64,000 nucleotides of DNA from Octopus vulgaris (lineage: Eukaryota), in NCBI GenBank assembly GCA_951406725.2, contig OX597816.1:151032001-151096000 (forward strand). The letters are read 5' to 3'. The notes beneath the pieces are model-generated. The model ran no database searches and was not told the origin of the DNA. It worked only from the letters and a program-made list of their open reading frames with translations. A program made the position numbers and the translations under genes. Positions 38,551 to 51,445 of this stretch are shown one piece after another; positions within the stretch are counted from its first letter, which is position 1; every line of letters begins with the position of its first letter.

Positions 38551-40453
38551 AGTTGTGTGTGAGAGAGTTCTAAATTATCTAAATAGTCAATTGCATAGGG
38601 TTACCTTTGACAGTTGTTAGGGATGGTTTGGCCAATTAATTGGACAAGGTTGACACAAAACACATTTCAAATTCTTTGATGCAGACATGCTTTGTGCTTT
38701 GAACAAGGTAAATTACTGAGCCACATGTTATGTGCACATGTAAGAAATTATTACTTTCATTAGCACTAGAACTAATAGTGATAATGGTTCAAATTCTACA
38801 AAATTTAATCTGTTTATAATCAACAGCAATACACTGGAATTAATTCAGTAGATTACAAAATTGGTCTTATGACTATTCCAAACAGGACATAGTTGTATTG
38901 GTGGTGGTGGTGGTGGTCGTTGTAGTGATTGCTGTGGTAGACGTAATGGTGTGATGATGGTGATATCTTTAAAATCTTGATGCTAGAGATTGTCTCTGAT
39001 AATTGAACCATCTGACATTCCTATTTGGAATGTGTGAAAAAAGTGATACCAGAGTCACTGCTGGCCAAATTGTATCCATAAATAAATAGAACTAAGCAAT
39101 CTAGATCAGCATTTCTCAAAACAGATTCCATGAAACTTTTTTGGGTTCTGTGAGATAAGATTTCTTTCAATGCAAATTTATTTTATAAAAATTGTATTCA
39201 CCATTTTAAAAATAGGTTATGCTCTGTTTTTATTTTTTTAATGAATAAATTATCTCCAGCCCATGCCAGCATGGAAAGTGGATGTTAAATGATGAAGATG
39301 ATGATGATTTATTGGATGCCTTTTTAAAATTAGGCAGTTGGTGGTTACCTTAAAATAGAGATATGGAATTAAGCTAAACATTAGAATTTAAGGTTCACAA
39401 CAAGCATACTTTTTAGTTGAATATATTGGTCAGTTCTGAAAATTTTATTGTTTATTTACAAAATGAATCTGCTCCAGCAAAATTGAAAACTATCTAAATA
39501 CATAATTTTTTTATTCTAACTTTGTTGTAGAATGTTAGGAAATCTTAAATAGTTCTCTGAACTGAAGCTTCAGTAATCAATCCAGTTAAGTTGTTACCTC
39601 TACAGGCTTTTACATCACTCAATATTTTTGTAGAGTCAGTCTTATATGTTAGGGACATAAACTAGGACTTCCAGACATTTCTGTCTGTATACCTATTTAT
39701 TTCATTCCTTGGGTTCTTACCAGTAAATGTATGGTAGCCTTTTTTATTGTTGTAATTTGTTTGTAGTGAAGTACTCTCTCTCTCTCTTCTTGACACTAAT
39801 GTTCCTTTACCAGAGAAACAGTGGAACACAAGAATACAGTGGATGTAGTTGCAACGTTTCCACTTTAGAAAATTAGTACCCTAACTTCAGATTTTGTTTC
39901 TGAACAGTTGTTTTGAATCTTTGAGTTGATCTATGATGTTGTAGTGATGAGTAATTAGACACATCTATGACCTACAGGTTTTAACAAGAACAGTTCAGAT
40001 TGAACATCACTTATTGTTCTAGGTATAGCCTTTCCCATTTTCATTGTGGTTGATAAAATTAGTACTTGTAATCTACTGCAGCAAGTCATTTGACTTAGCA
40101 TCATCCTGTGGAAAAAATTGCATTGTGCCTAGTGAAAATAATTTTTAGGACAGAAATTTAGATGAATCAAACGAGGTACTAACTTGTCTTGTATTTATCT
40201 GTCGTTCTTCTGATTTCTTTAATAACAGTGTCAGTAAAAATTATAAAGTCATCAGCCTGAACATCATGCTGAAAACTTGAAATCATTTTACAGTGGCCTG
40301 TTTTCACTGATTCTTAGATTCCTGTGAGGAATTCCAAAAGGTTACTGATTTAAGGAAGACATAAATGTCAACAATTTTTAATATTCTAAAGGATCATGGC
40401 TATGTTACAATTTAGTAAGATGTAAATATTGGCTGATAAAATATATCATTAAT

Positions 40454-40535
40454 AAATACAAGAATTATGGGTGAGCTACTAAGTTTCATACTCAAACATG
40501 AAACTTGAAGTAGGTCACCCATAACTTTTGTATTT
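40454..40535 (+). other. ~82-nt hairpin in the Ras intron
   Basis: aaatacaagaattatgggtgagctactaagtttcat / atgaaacttgaagtaggtcacccataacttttgtattt, 8-nt loop. Confidence 0.6.
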
Positions 40536-40594
40536 GAGATATTTCATTCTGGTTGAATTGTGTAAAAGTCATGTATATATATATATATATATAT

Positions 40595-40813
40595 AGGCAC
40601 AGGAGTGGCTGTGTAGTAGAAGCTTGCTTCCAAGCCACATGGTTCCAGGTTCAGTCCCATTGCATGGCACCTTGAGCAAGAGTCATCTATAGCCTCGGGC
40701 CAACCAAAGTCTTGTGAGTGAATTTGGTAGACAGAAACTGAAAGAAGCCCGTCGTCCTGGGGTCAACTAAAGGTGGTGCTCTAGCATGGCTGCAATATAA
40801 TGACTGAAACAAG
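40595..40813 (+). mobile_element. tRNA/CORE-type SINE with internal deletion
   Basis: aggcacaggagtggctgtgtagtag...ggttcagtccc...ccttgagcaag...tgactgaaacaag. Confidence 0.85.
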
Positions 40814-40821
40814 TATATATA

Positions 40822-41198
40822 CTCTTTCACTCTTTTGTTTCAGTCATTTGACTGTAGCCATGCTGGAGCACTGCCTTTAGTCAAACAAATCGACCCCAGG
40901 ACTTATTCTTTGTAAGTCTAGTACTTATTCTATTGGTACCTTTTGCCAAACCGCTAAGTTATGGGTATGTAAACACACCAACATCAGTTGTCAAGTGATG
41001 GTGGTGGACACACACATAAACACACATATATATACGGCAGGCTTCTTTCAGTTTCTGTCTACCAAATCCACTCACAAGGCTTTGGTCTGCCTGAGGCTAT
41101 AGTAGAAGATCCCTGCCCAAGGTGTCATGCAGTGGGACTGAATCCGGAACCATATGGTTGGTAAGCAAGCTACTTACCATGCAGCCATTCCTGTGCCT
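40822..41198 (-). mobile_element. tRNA/CORE-type SINE, full length
   Basis: Same family as 15594-15990. Confidence 0.85.
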
Positions 41199-41209
41199 AT
41201 ATATATATC

Positions 41210-41482
41210 TTTCATGTTTTGTTTTAGCCTTGCTGGGGCACTACCTTGAAGGCTTAATTGAACAAATAAACTCTAGTACTTATTTTTAAGCCTGGTACTT
41301 ATTCTATCAGTGTCCTTTTTGCCAGACTGCTAAGTTATGGAGGCACAAATAAACCACCACCAGTTGACAAGTGGTGAACACACAAACACACAATGAGCTT
41401 CTTTCTGTTTCCATATTTCAAACCCACTCATAAGGCTTTGATTTTCCCTGGGTTAAAGTGGAAGACACTTTTCCAAGGTGTC
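41210..41482 (-). mobile_element. Degenerate SINE copy
   Basis: agcctggtacttattctatcag...gaagacacttttccaaggtg. Confidence 0.65.
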
Positions 41483-41599
41483 CAGAGAACTCAGTATGTT
41501 TTATAGCATAAAGATTTATCATGGTTTAGAAGTATGCTTAGAGGTTGATATACTTTCTGGTCTGTCAAACTTATGTAGTAAATCTTACTGGCCCCTTGA

Positions 41600-42445
41600 C
41601 CTTGAATCCTTTGAGCCTCTTCATCAACCTTTTGCTCCCTCTTTCACTTCAGTCCATTACTAAGTCTGTGCATAAGAGAGCATATTGGACCATTTTCATA
41701 GTTCTCTTATTCTCTCTAGTGCATCTCCTTCATTCTCTTTCCTTGTCTCTATCACCAGTCATTCTCCCCTACTCAAAGCCACTTTATTACCATCTCTCCC
41801 TTTTTATCTGATCCCATCACGTGCTCTTACCTTTGTCCACCTTTGCTGTTAAGTCACTCCTTACCTGACTCCACCCCAAATAACTTTGTTGCTTACATCA
41901 TACTGTTACTCCTTTCTTCCTGGTCTTTCTGATGTCATTGCTCTTCTAATCCCTTAGTCACCTGAGCAAATGTACACACCCTTGGTTATTAAGTATTCTT
42001 GGCCTTTACTTTTCTCATCCACTTTTGGCTTTGTTGCATGTCTCAGCTCTCTGAATATTCTCTACAATGTTCTATGTACAAGGCACACTTTGGTGTCACA
42101 ATTGAAACTGACAACTCCTCCTCCCCTCATGTGATGGGTGAATCTCTTTAGTTTTGGTATTACAAAATGTGCTCAGCATAGACTGTGAAGTGGTTGGCAA
42201 AAGAGCAGAGAATGTGAAGTGTTCTGAGGTCCCTATATACAACCTTTCTAGTGTTTGGTGTTATGAGAAACATACCCAGTACTCTGTAAAGTGGTTGGCA
42301 GTAAAAAAGGCCTCTACCCATAGAAACGAAACTGATATATGTGAACATGAGTAACAGATTTCGATAAGAAACATCTTTGATTGTAACAAGTTGTTCAACC
42401 CATGCCAGCATGGAAATCAGATGAAAAATTATGATTGTAATGATA
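41600..42445 (+). mobile_element. CT-rich body plus RTE-type tail
   Basis: Pyrimidine-rich 41600-42130, then cccagtactctgtaaagtggttggca...aacccatgccagcatggaaa. Confidence 0.5.
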
Positions 42446-42641
42446 TATGGTCATCTTATCTTTTTAAGACACAGGTGATGTGGCTGTTTCTATCAGTTTG
42501 AGTAACTATGTAGAAGTTTTATTATTGGCATATCTATTGTATTTGTTTTCAGCAGCTTGTTTAGATATAGATTGGTTAGATGACTTGTTAACTTCTGTCT
42601 CTAGTAATTTTTCTCATGTCATTTTTTAGATAGCATCTTAA

Positions 42642-42684
<43 letters not shown>

Positions 42685-43213
42685 GTGTGTCTGTCTGTCT
42701 GTCTTATTTCATAATCAGTTGTATGGGTTGATTGCATAGTACCCTCTATGCTATGCACACGTGAAGCAGCTTATCTATGCATATGGTGCAGTCTTCTTGA
42801 TCACAGTCAATGATAACACCCTAATGGAGTATTTTTGTTATCTTAGTATTAACTTTGCAGTGGATAATAAGTGTGTGATATTTTAAAGCTTTCTGTGTGC
42901 ATGATAGTCATACACAAGTCCTATACGGCATGTCTTAATTTATCTCAACAAAGTATTTGAAGTATTTAATCGCTGAGAATGCTTTATTGCTAATTACAAA
43001 TTAATAAGAGCTATGACCAATGTCTATGTGAATTTAAATAAGAAGAATGAATCTCTAATGCAGCAATAAAAAGAAAAAAAATATACTATTATTACCTTCC
43101 TGTGTCTTCATCTGTATTGAATTTAGCCAGTGTTGAGTTGATATAAGGTAAGCCAAAGAATGTGGGTTGATATAAAGTAAGCCAAACAAAACAAAAAAGT
43201 GGAGATGTATGTG

Positions 43214-43468
43214 TGCAGGCATGGCTGTGTACTTAAGAAATTTACTTCCCAGCTGCATGGTACCTACTACAGACCCAGGCTGACCAAAGCTTTGTGAGTG
43301 GATTTGGTTGATGGAAACTGAAAGAAGCCCATTGTGTGTGTGTGTGTGTGTGTTTTACTGTCTCCTTTCTTTGACTTTGCATGATAGGGCATCAAGCTGT
43401 AGAAAGTCTGTCTTAGCAAATTCCATTCAACCTATGCAGTCATGAAAAAGTGGATGTTAAAATGATGC
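43214..43468 (+). mobile_element. SINE subtype with RTE-like tail
   Basis: SINE head, (TG)n, then gggcatc.agctgtagaaa...aagtggatgttaaaatgatg. Confidence 0.65.
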
Positions 43469-43634
43469 ACATATGTGTGTGTTGAGACAGACCAACAATA
43501 GTTGCATGTACAGTTTACATGATGTAATCAAGTTTTGTCTTTACAGCTGTTTCAGATAATCAATAACTAGTTGATTTTCAAAATACATATTTAGCAAAGG
43601 TGGCTGATATTGAGGCAAACTCTGTGTGTGTGTA

Positions 43635-44038
43635 TTCTTTTGTTTCAATCATTTGACTGTAGCCAGGCTGGAGCACTGCCCTAAAGGGTTTTAGTTGAAG
43701 AAATCGACCCCAGGACTAATACTTTGTAAACCTAGTACTTATTCTATTGGTCTTTTTTGCTGAACCGCTAAGTCACAAGGATGTAAACACTCCAACATCG
43801 GTTGTCAAGCAATGATGGGGCAACAAACGCAGACACACACACATATACATAGCATGGAAAGCAGGCGTTAAATGATGATGATGATATACATATATATATA
43901 TATACAATGGGCTTCTTTCGATTTCCATCTACCAAATCCACTCACAAGGTTTTAGTCCACCTGAGACTATAGTAAAAGACACTTGCTCAAGGTACCACAC
44001 AGTAGGACTGAACCCGGAACCATGTGGTTGGGAGGCAG
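43635..44038 (-). mobile_element. tRNA/CORE-type SINE carrying a short RTE tail piece
   Basis: Main SINE family; agcatggaaagcaggcgttaaatgatgat inserted in its microsatellite. Confidence 0.8.
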
Positions 44039-44654
44039 TTTTCTTTATAATATATGTGTGTGTGTGTGTAAAGTACTGCTGCTGTAAAACTTCTAGCTGT
44101 GCAGTTTCTGATTTAAAAAAAAATAGTTTGAAAGAATTAAAATTTTTTTTTTTTGCGAGATTTACAATCCCTGATGCTCATAACAAAGCCCCAAAAATGA
44201 TTAAAATATAAACAATTGCAGCATGGAAGGTGTTTATAAGCCATTTAAACTGCACAAAAACCGTTAGATTCATTTCAACATTTAAATTGAATTTGCTAAA
44301 ATATTTTCATCACTTTGAGGCCGTGACCTGTTCACTGACAAAATTTTGTGCTGCATATATATATAATGAAAGAGAGAGATAGTTATAAAAATATTGGGCA
44401 GTGGGTTAAAAAAATCCACTCTAAATCATCAGGAATTGTGCAGTTGCTTTTCTGAAATCGGTTCATTTTGAAATCAGTAGAGCAGCAGATTTATTACCTG
44501 GTAGTATTTATGTTTATGTTCAAATCCTGTCAAGGACAAAGATTGCTATCCAGTCTTCTTGAGTTAATAAAATAATTTGCATTTAAAGTATTTGGGTTGA
44601 TCTAATTAAACTGTACCTTCTCTTGAAAATGTGTGAACTTATAAAAAATTATTA

Positions 44655-44850
44655 TTAATGAGCTGGCAGAATTATGTGTAGGACCAAATGCTTAGCATTT
44701 CTTCTGACTTCTAATCCCACTGAGGTCAACTTTGCCTTCAATCATTTCAGGGTTGATAAAATAAAGTACCAATCAAGTACTAGGATTGATGTAATTGACT
44801 TGCTCCTTAACCCTTGAAATTGCTTGCCTTGTGCCAAAATTTAAAACCAT
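44655..44850 (+). mobile_element. Second SINE family copy
   Basis: gagctggcagaa...gaggtcaactttgccttcaatcatttcagggttgataaaataaagtacc central domain; degenerate relatives near 40030 and 44520. Confidence 0.55.
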
Positions 44851-45739
44851 TATTAAAAGCATTCTCATGTCACTGAAAATTGGTCTTTGGATTCATTTCA
44901 TGCCTTGTTCTTTAAAATAATAGCTGTTTGTTATTTTCAGGCAATCTATTAGATATAGATTCAGAAATTTTTTCCCAGTACATGATATAAAGTGGTTACT
45001 GCTAGGGAGGGCATCCAATGTAGGAACCATGCCAAGTAGGCATTCCATGGATTCATTAGATCCTGTCAAACTTTCCAACACAGGCAGCAATCAAACAAGG
45101 ATGTTAAATTTTGATGATGATGACAATACATTCATGATCAATCAAAAGGAATTTACACAGTAAAAAAAAGAAATGTCTGAGTGATTACGTAGCACATGCT
45201 ATTTATAGAATCAGATTACTGTATAGAAAGAAGACTTATCACATTAGATGATATCCATGTCTTGAAAAATACTTGTTTACAGTAGTGAGATAGAGATAAA
45301 AAAAATCATTGAATTGTACTTTGAATAAAAGACAAAAGTAGATGTCTTGTGTCAGTCATTTTCTTGCGTCATTCTAAAAATAGCAAATAAGGTTTCTACA
45401 CCTTCAACTTTGTGACTCAATACTAGATATTAAGCCAGTGACATACTAGCTTGTAAACAATTCAACCTTCTCTCACTTTCAAGTGAGAGCAGCAATAATA
45501 GGTATGGACCATTGTTAACTCAGGTCATGTCTGATCTGGTACAAGATATAATAATTGTTGTGATCATAATGGCTTGAATTCTAAACTAGATTAGAAAGAG
45601 TGAAGCATCTTGCTTATTCATTCTAGGTTGCTTTCCAATCTTTCAACTGCTTTTTATTTTAAACTTAAATGTATATTTACTTTTATAAAGATAGTTTTTA
45701 AGAATATATATAGACAAAAAAAAAAAAGGGATATGAAAG

Positions 45740-45980
45740 ATCCTGTTTGTATCATATAGACTCAAAGGGCCAGTTTCCCAGTTTCTGTGGTGTATATATT
45801 CCCCACCTGGACTGAACACTGGTCCATTGCAGGATTACCATTTTTGCCAGCTGAGTGGACTGGAACAACATGAAATGAAGTGTTTTACTCAAGAATACAT
45901 GTCATCTGGTCCAGGAATCAAAACCACAATCTTACAATAATGAGTCCAACACTCTAACCACTAAACCATACTCTTCCACA
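45740..45980 (-). mobile_element. Third tRNA-derived SINE family copy
   Basis: Minus strand: tggtttagtggttagagtgttggactc..ggttttgattcct head, CORE-like tcttgagtaaaacactt, and cctgcaatggaccagtgttcagtccagg domain. Confidence 0.6.
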
Positions 45981-47176
45981 TATGTATCAATAGTACTAAA
46001 TGTATGACTAGTATTATTACAATGATCATCATCATTATTTAATGTCTGTTTTCCCAGGAGCAAAATTGATATAAATTCAAATTATTACACTGAAAATGGA
46101 TTCATTTAACAAGATGTGAGTGTGATATAAATGTACTGGGAGATATGGGCATAAACAAAACCTTTGCAACTGCAGTTTTATGTATTTTGTGCGTTCATTC
46201 TAGTATTCAGTATTAGTTTCTTGATTGGCTGGTTAAAACAGCTGATGCTTATTTTTAATATATTCATATTCTAAAAGAATTATGGTTGAACTGAGGGAAT
46301 CCCTCATTAATATTACAAATCATTTAATTAACTCTTATGTTGGAATGTACTGTGTTGTGCTTAGACCAATATGATCAGGGTTAACATGCAGTAGAATAAT
46401 AATAGCAAACTGACATCTCCTTTAGACCTCGCCAGCATCTGCTTAACAATACAAAAACTTCTCATTTAGTTGTTCTTTGGCCCATCTTCCTAAGGATTAA
46501 CACACACATACACAATGAATTACAAAATTGAAAGGATTGAAGACAGTATTGAAAGACTTACTTTGCATACTAGCTATAATGTTGATTGATGTTACTTATG
46601 AATTTTGTTTTTATTTATTTTTTAAGTAGAAAATCTTTGCTCAAGTTAGTCCACAGCACTAAAAAGGTTGAATCTTCATGATATGATATTGGGGCTTTTT
46701 TTTCTTCCCAAAGAGAACCAATTTAGGATAAATAACAAGACAAAGTAAAGCAAACCAAATGTGGTGTATTTGTGTGTGCTACTTGAGATGTTAGAGAGGT
46801 TTCGACACTTTAAAACTTTCATCCACAAGTGATGCCATTGTTTTTGCTAGAAGTTTGAGACCATGTGTGGTTGTGAGAGAACAATCACATTAGGAGAGAG
46901 GAATTTAGACAAAACCATTGTAATTTTTAAAAAAATTATTTTTACTTTTGTTTCTAAGGCTGTCTCCATAGCAAGCTACCATTCCGTTATGTCTAAGATT
47001 TGTATACAGTTTTACGTATTACACTGAATGTTATTTGTTCATAGTTGTTGGTGTCTCAAATAGAATATAATTTACATGTTGATGGATCTATACACCACAA
47101 TTCAGAAGTTTATATTTGTTCTAAGGATTTCCAAATAAGATTAGTTGGCATATGATACTGAGTAGAGACAGTATTT

Positions 47177-47932
47177 GGATCTAGTTGGTTTGGCTGCTAG
47201 TATCATTTTCTGTTTGAATTGATTTCATATTCAGTGTAATGTTACATTCTTATAGGCTAATGAATGACGTGAAAATCATTTTCGCTATAAATCAATAAAT
47301 AAAGAGTTAGTAGCAATTAAAGTTTGAAAATTTTGGGTAATTTTAGCCAATTGTATGCTACAGACACATTTGTGCCCGTTTCCGTAGTAACAAGCCAAAC
47401 ATGAGGACTCTTTTGTCAGCAAGAAAGCATGTGTGTTGATAAATATATTCTACATAATGCCACATGCGTTGACACTGTTGCTTGTACCCTGGTCATAAGA
47501 CATGCTAAAAATAAGCCTTAAATCATGCCCACCCCCACTTATAAAAATCTTTTTTGCATAATTGTATGAATCCCTGTGTGTAGAGTACAACATTTTATGA
47601 AAATTCCAAATTTTAAAAAAGTTATAAGGTGTTTTTATGTTGTAGATTAAGCAGAATTTGATTTGTTTACAGTCTCATATAAAAACACATGCTATTTTCA
47701 GAATGTTGACAACATGTGCAGTCATGCACAAAATGACAGCTTCCAAATCCTGTTTCCTGACTGGGTGAAGCTGATCAAACTTTAAACCTCTATAACTTTT
47801 TAAAAACATTTTTCTAGAAAAAGTGAAATAACTCCAGCAATTCAGCTTGGAAAAGTATATTAATGTGCCAAATTTCAAAATTTTAGATAAACTTGAATTT
47901 TTGGTATGTTGGCAGTCAAACCAACTAGATCC
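47177..47932. mobile_element. Non-autonomous DNA transposon (MITE) with ~22-bp TIRs and an 8-bp TSD
   Basis: GGATCTAGTTGGTTTGGCTGC ... GCAGTCAAACCAACTAGATCC, flanked by CAGTATTT / CAGTATTC. Confidence 0.8.
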
Positions 47933-50900
47933 CAGTATTCATCTAATTTATTTAGTATACATATGTGTTAAATTATGAGTTCTCAAAAATATTAAACTTT
48001 CTGATTTTTGTTGTAATCTTTCACTGTTTTGTCTCCTATGTATAATGTCTCTATTTCAAATCATTAATTCAATTTCTCTGTAGATGTTGTAAGTACTCTT
48101 GCTTCATTATACCTGACACTCTCTTCTTTACACTTAAATGGTTAATGTTAGAAAAAAAGGATTCGGCTATGAAAGCAATAACCATAGCAATTTAGATGCA
48201 AATATCCATACTTCCAAACTCATCCTTTCTTCAATAGCCTGGGAAAAATACTTGTGAATCCACAAATTGTAGAGAAAATGAAAGAAAACCAGTTCTTTTA
48301 ACTAAGCTTTCTCTTCAAAATGCTTTTTAGCAAGCTGAAGTCTTTTGCTTTTTGAGCCCCTCCCCTATCAGCTGAAGAATATATACAATTTTAAATAACT
48401 ATTGCCTTTATTAGATTTTCACACTTTACTTGAATCTGTAATGAAATTCAGAAAATCTGTAAATAAAAACCCCTTGGAACCATCTTTCTCTGAATATTAA
48501 CTACTGTGGTTTCAAGAAATAAAGTAAAAAAAAAAGTATTGAACTTGCAATTTTAATCAAACTTGTTAGTAATCCTAACTCTTACTTTTTCAGCCCTTGA
48601 AGATATTTGGCAAATTGTATCACATTACCTTTTATTATTATGATGTTCAGATTTAATCTCCTAGTGAATAAATGGTCTTTCACCACCCTGCACAGCATGC
48701 ACTGTTAGAATAGCAAGAGATGAATACTTCTAGGTCTCAATAAAAATGAATGAATTCTCTGTTGATTTCAGTTGTTCAATGAATTGAACTGCTTGCTCAT
48801 TGAATTATAATGTAAAATGACTGACTATTTCACAAATACTTGTACCCTTGATGAAATCCTCAGGCAGAATCTGCATGATATAGAGTGTAACAAAACTGCC
48901 ATTTGAATTATAGTCTAACTGATAGGTTTCGCACAGTTTTTAATCTACCCAATTTTTCTTGAGTCAACCCAATCTCTGATAACCAATTATTAATACTAAT
49001 TATTATAGTCATTGGTAACCATTTTTAACATTACTGAACATAATTATTGCAAAGTGAACTTAGCTGCTCAGACCAGTTCTTAATTTTTCATAGATTTTCT
49101 TTTGCACTTAGTATTCAGTTACTTTAATTAATGTTCATATCTTTATTGTAATATTTATGCAAGATAAACCAAGATTCTTGAGATGAGTTAACTTTAAAAG
49201 AAGACCTTTCTATATCCAAAAAAACCAAAGGGCTAAATTTTCCCATGTGTTTTTCATATTTAGTTTATTGGTGATGGTTTGTGCAACTTTGTGGTCCTTC
49301 TCTTTGAATCTTTTCTAATTATTTTTTTATCTGAAAAACTTTCAATCTATAACAGTTAATTCATGTGTGATAGGAACATTAAAAAAAAATTAACTGGTGG
49401 TGTTATTTTTTTTAAATCTTCAACATCTGGTTGATGGAGCTGTTTGATTAGAGTTGTAAAAATAAAAACTTTTTCTTTTTGGCACTTTACAATTTATTCT
49501 ATGTATCTAAAAAAATATTTTATACACTTTCACTATTTTCTCTCTCTCAAATGAAAATATTTTAGAAACTAATTATAACTTAATTATCCACTGAAATAGA
49601 AGGAACTTTGAAGTCTGTTTTTAACAGCTCCAAACTGATATGTTTCTCACCTCTTCAATGATTTTCATTAGTCATGTTTCCATATAAACCACAGAGATAT
49701 CAAATATAATTAGGACCTAATAGATTGAGGAACATGTCTCAGATAAGATTCAAATTTCTTAACAGGTTGGCAATAAAGTTCATTGTCTTAAGTATTTCAT
49801 TTTGTTGTTTATAATCATGACACATAAATGGATAAACTCAGTGGAATATGGGAATTGGAGCTGAAGAAAAAATTCCAACTAACTCCAATCCTTGTGGTTG
49901 TTATTTAAACTATTGTTTATTTTGAGCTTCAGTGTAATAACAGTTGGCTGAGTTGATAAAGTACTGGACAACCAGCTGTGGTTCAGTAGTTCATACCTTG
50001 TCACCAGCATTGTTTGTATTTTAGCTCTCAATGGACCACTACAATCAGAATAATCTACTGTGGCCAGTATTGTTGTTCAGCTCCAGATCAGTTCTGATCA
50101 AACAGATCAATGATCAAAACATTGCAGCCATGATCATACCATCTATTTTTCAGGCAGTGTACTTAGTGTGCCCTTCATCTTCTTATGATGGTAAAGAGTT
50201 GCTTGAGTGGAATTTGGCAGTTAAAAATAGCAGCCAAATTCCGTTACTAGTTCTAGCAGTTCTAGTAGCCACAAAGTCACTTTTATTAAGTATTTATTAT
50301 ATTCTTGAATATTTTTCCAGCAGAAAAATCTACTCTGTCCAAGGAAGATTTCTCTCTCCTTTTCTTAACATAGGAAAATCAGTGATAAATACCAACTCTG
50401 TTTCTGTGAGTCAGAAAAGGACTTAAAAATTTTTTTAATAAGTTCAAGAATTAATAAGTATTAAAGTTTCAGCTTTCTGTTTTGATATGAATTGGACAGG
50501 ATCTTAAACATGTCATTTGATTTTGTTTCATCTGTCAGTTCACTTTTTCAGGCCTAAATATTTTCTGTTCAGGTTTTCCTTGGTCTCTTTTCATAAAATG
50601 TAATTGTAAATTTTTGCTGAACACTAAGAAACTTTTAAGGGCTGGTATTTTATTCCATTTGAAGAGCATTAAGTGGATTAAGACAAATTGCCATTTCAAA
50701 TTGGGTCTATCTCAGATTTTCTGTATCAGGAGATCTGACACCCATTCCTAATACTTATGTAAACTGAGATGTGTTAAAATGATAAAATTCCTTATTTCAG
50801 TGCAATAACATTCATTTAGCTAGTTTGCTTTTGCTGTTTACCTTAGTTGCGGTACCTTCCCCTTTCTTTATTCTGTATGGAATTATTTATTCACTTGACA

Positions 50901-51107
50901 CTTGTATATCTAGTGGGTTTGTTTTCTTGCTCCATCTATTTTTGGTTGGTACTCAGTAGCTTCCTCAATTGACATATTCTCATCTTAATTTAAATATTAT
51001 GCATCCAATGCACCACAATTTATTCCTTTCTCAATATAGCAATTGCTCACAAACTCACTACCATATTGCATCATATTGCTTATGCATGCCTCCCAATGTT
51101 TTTTTCA

Positions 51108-51445
51108 TAGGCACAGGTTGGGCTGAATTTTACTCAAACCATATGGTTTTGGACTCAGTTCCACTATGTGGTACCTTGAGCTGGGTGAATATTTTCTACT
51201 GCAACATTAGCTTGACTAAAGCTTTGTGAGAGGATTTAGTAGGCAGAAACTGAAGGAAGCCTATCACTTGCATGCACGTGTTTATATGTTTCTTGACATC
51301 ACACAGTTGTGAAAATGTGTCTGCCTCTAAGGAAATATTACTAGGGGACAGGTGCATTTTGATAACAGGAAGGGCATTGGCCATAGAAAAATCTTCAATG
51401 TATCATCCAACCCATCCAAGCATGGCAAAGTGGATGTTAAAATGT
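51108..51445 (+). mobile_element. SINE subtype with RTE-like tail (degenerate)
   Basis: aggcacagg...aaagctttgtgag.ggattt.gtag.cagaaactgaa...ggaagggcat...aagtggatgttaaaatg. Confidence 0.6.

Noticed and set aside
43542-43553. Isolated GAAACAGCUGUA on the minus strand, as in family A
   Set aside because: No CUGANGA partner nearby; at most a relic.
49394-49410. ctggtggtgtt resembling the start of the next Ras exon (AGGV)
   Set aside because: No AG acceptor and continues ATTTTT rather than GKSALT.
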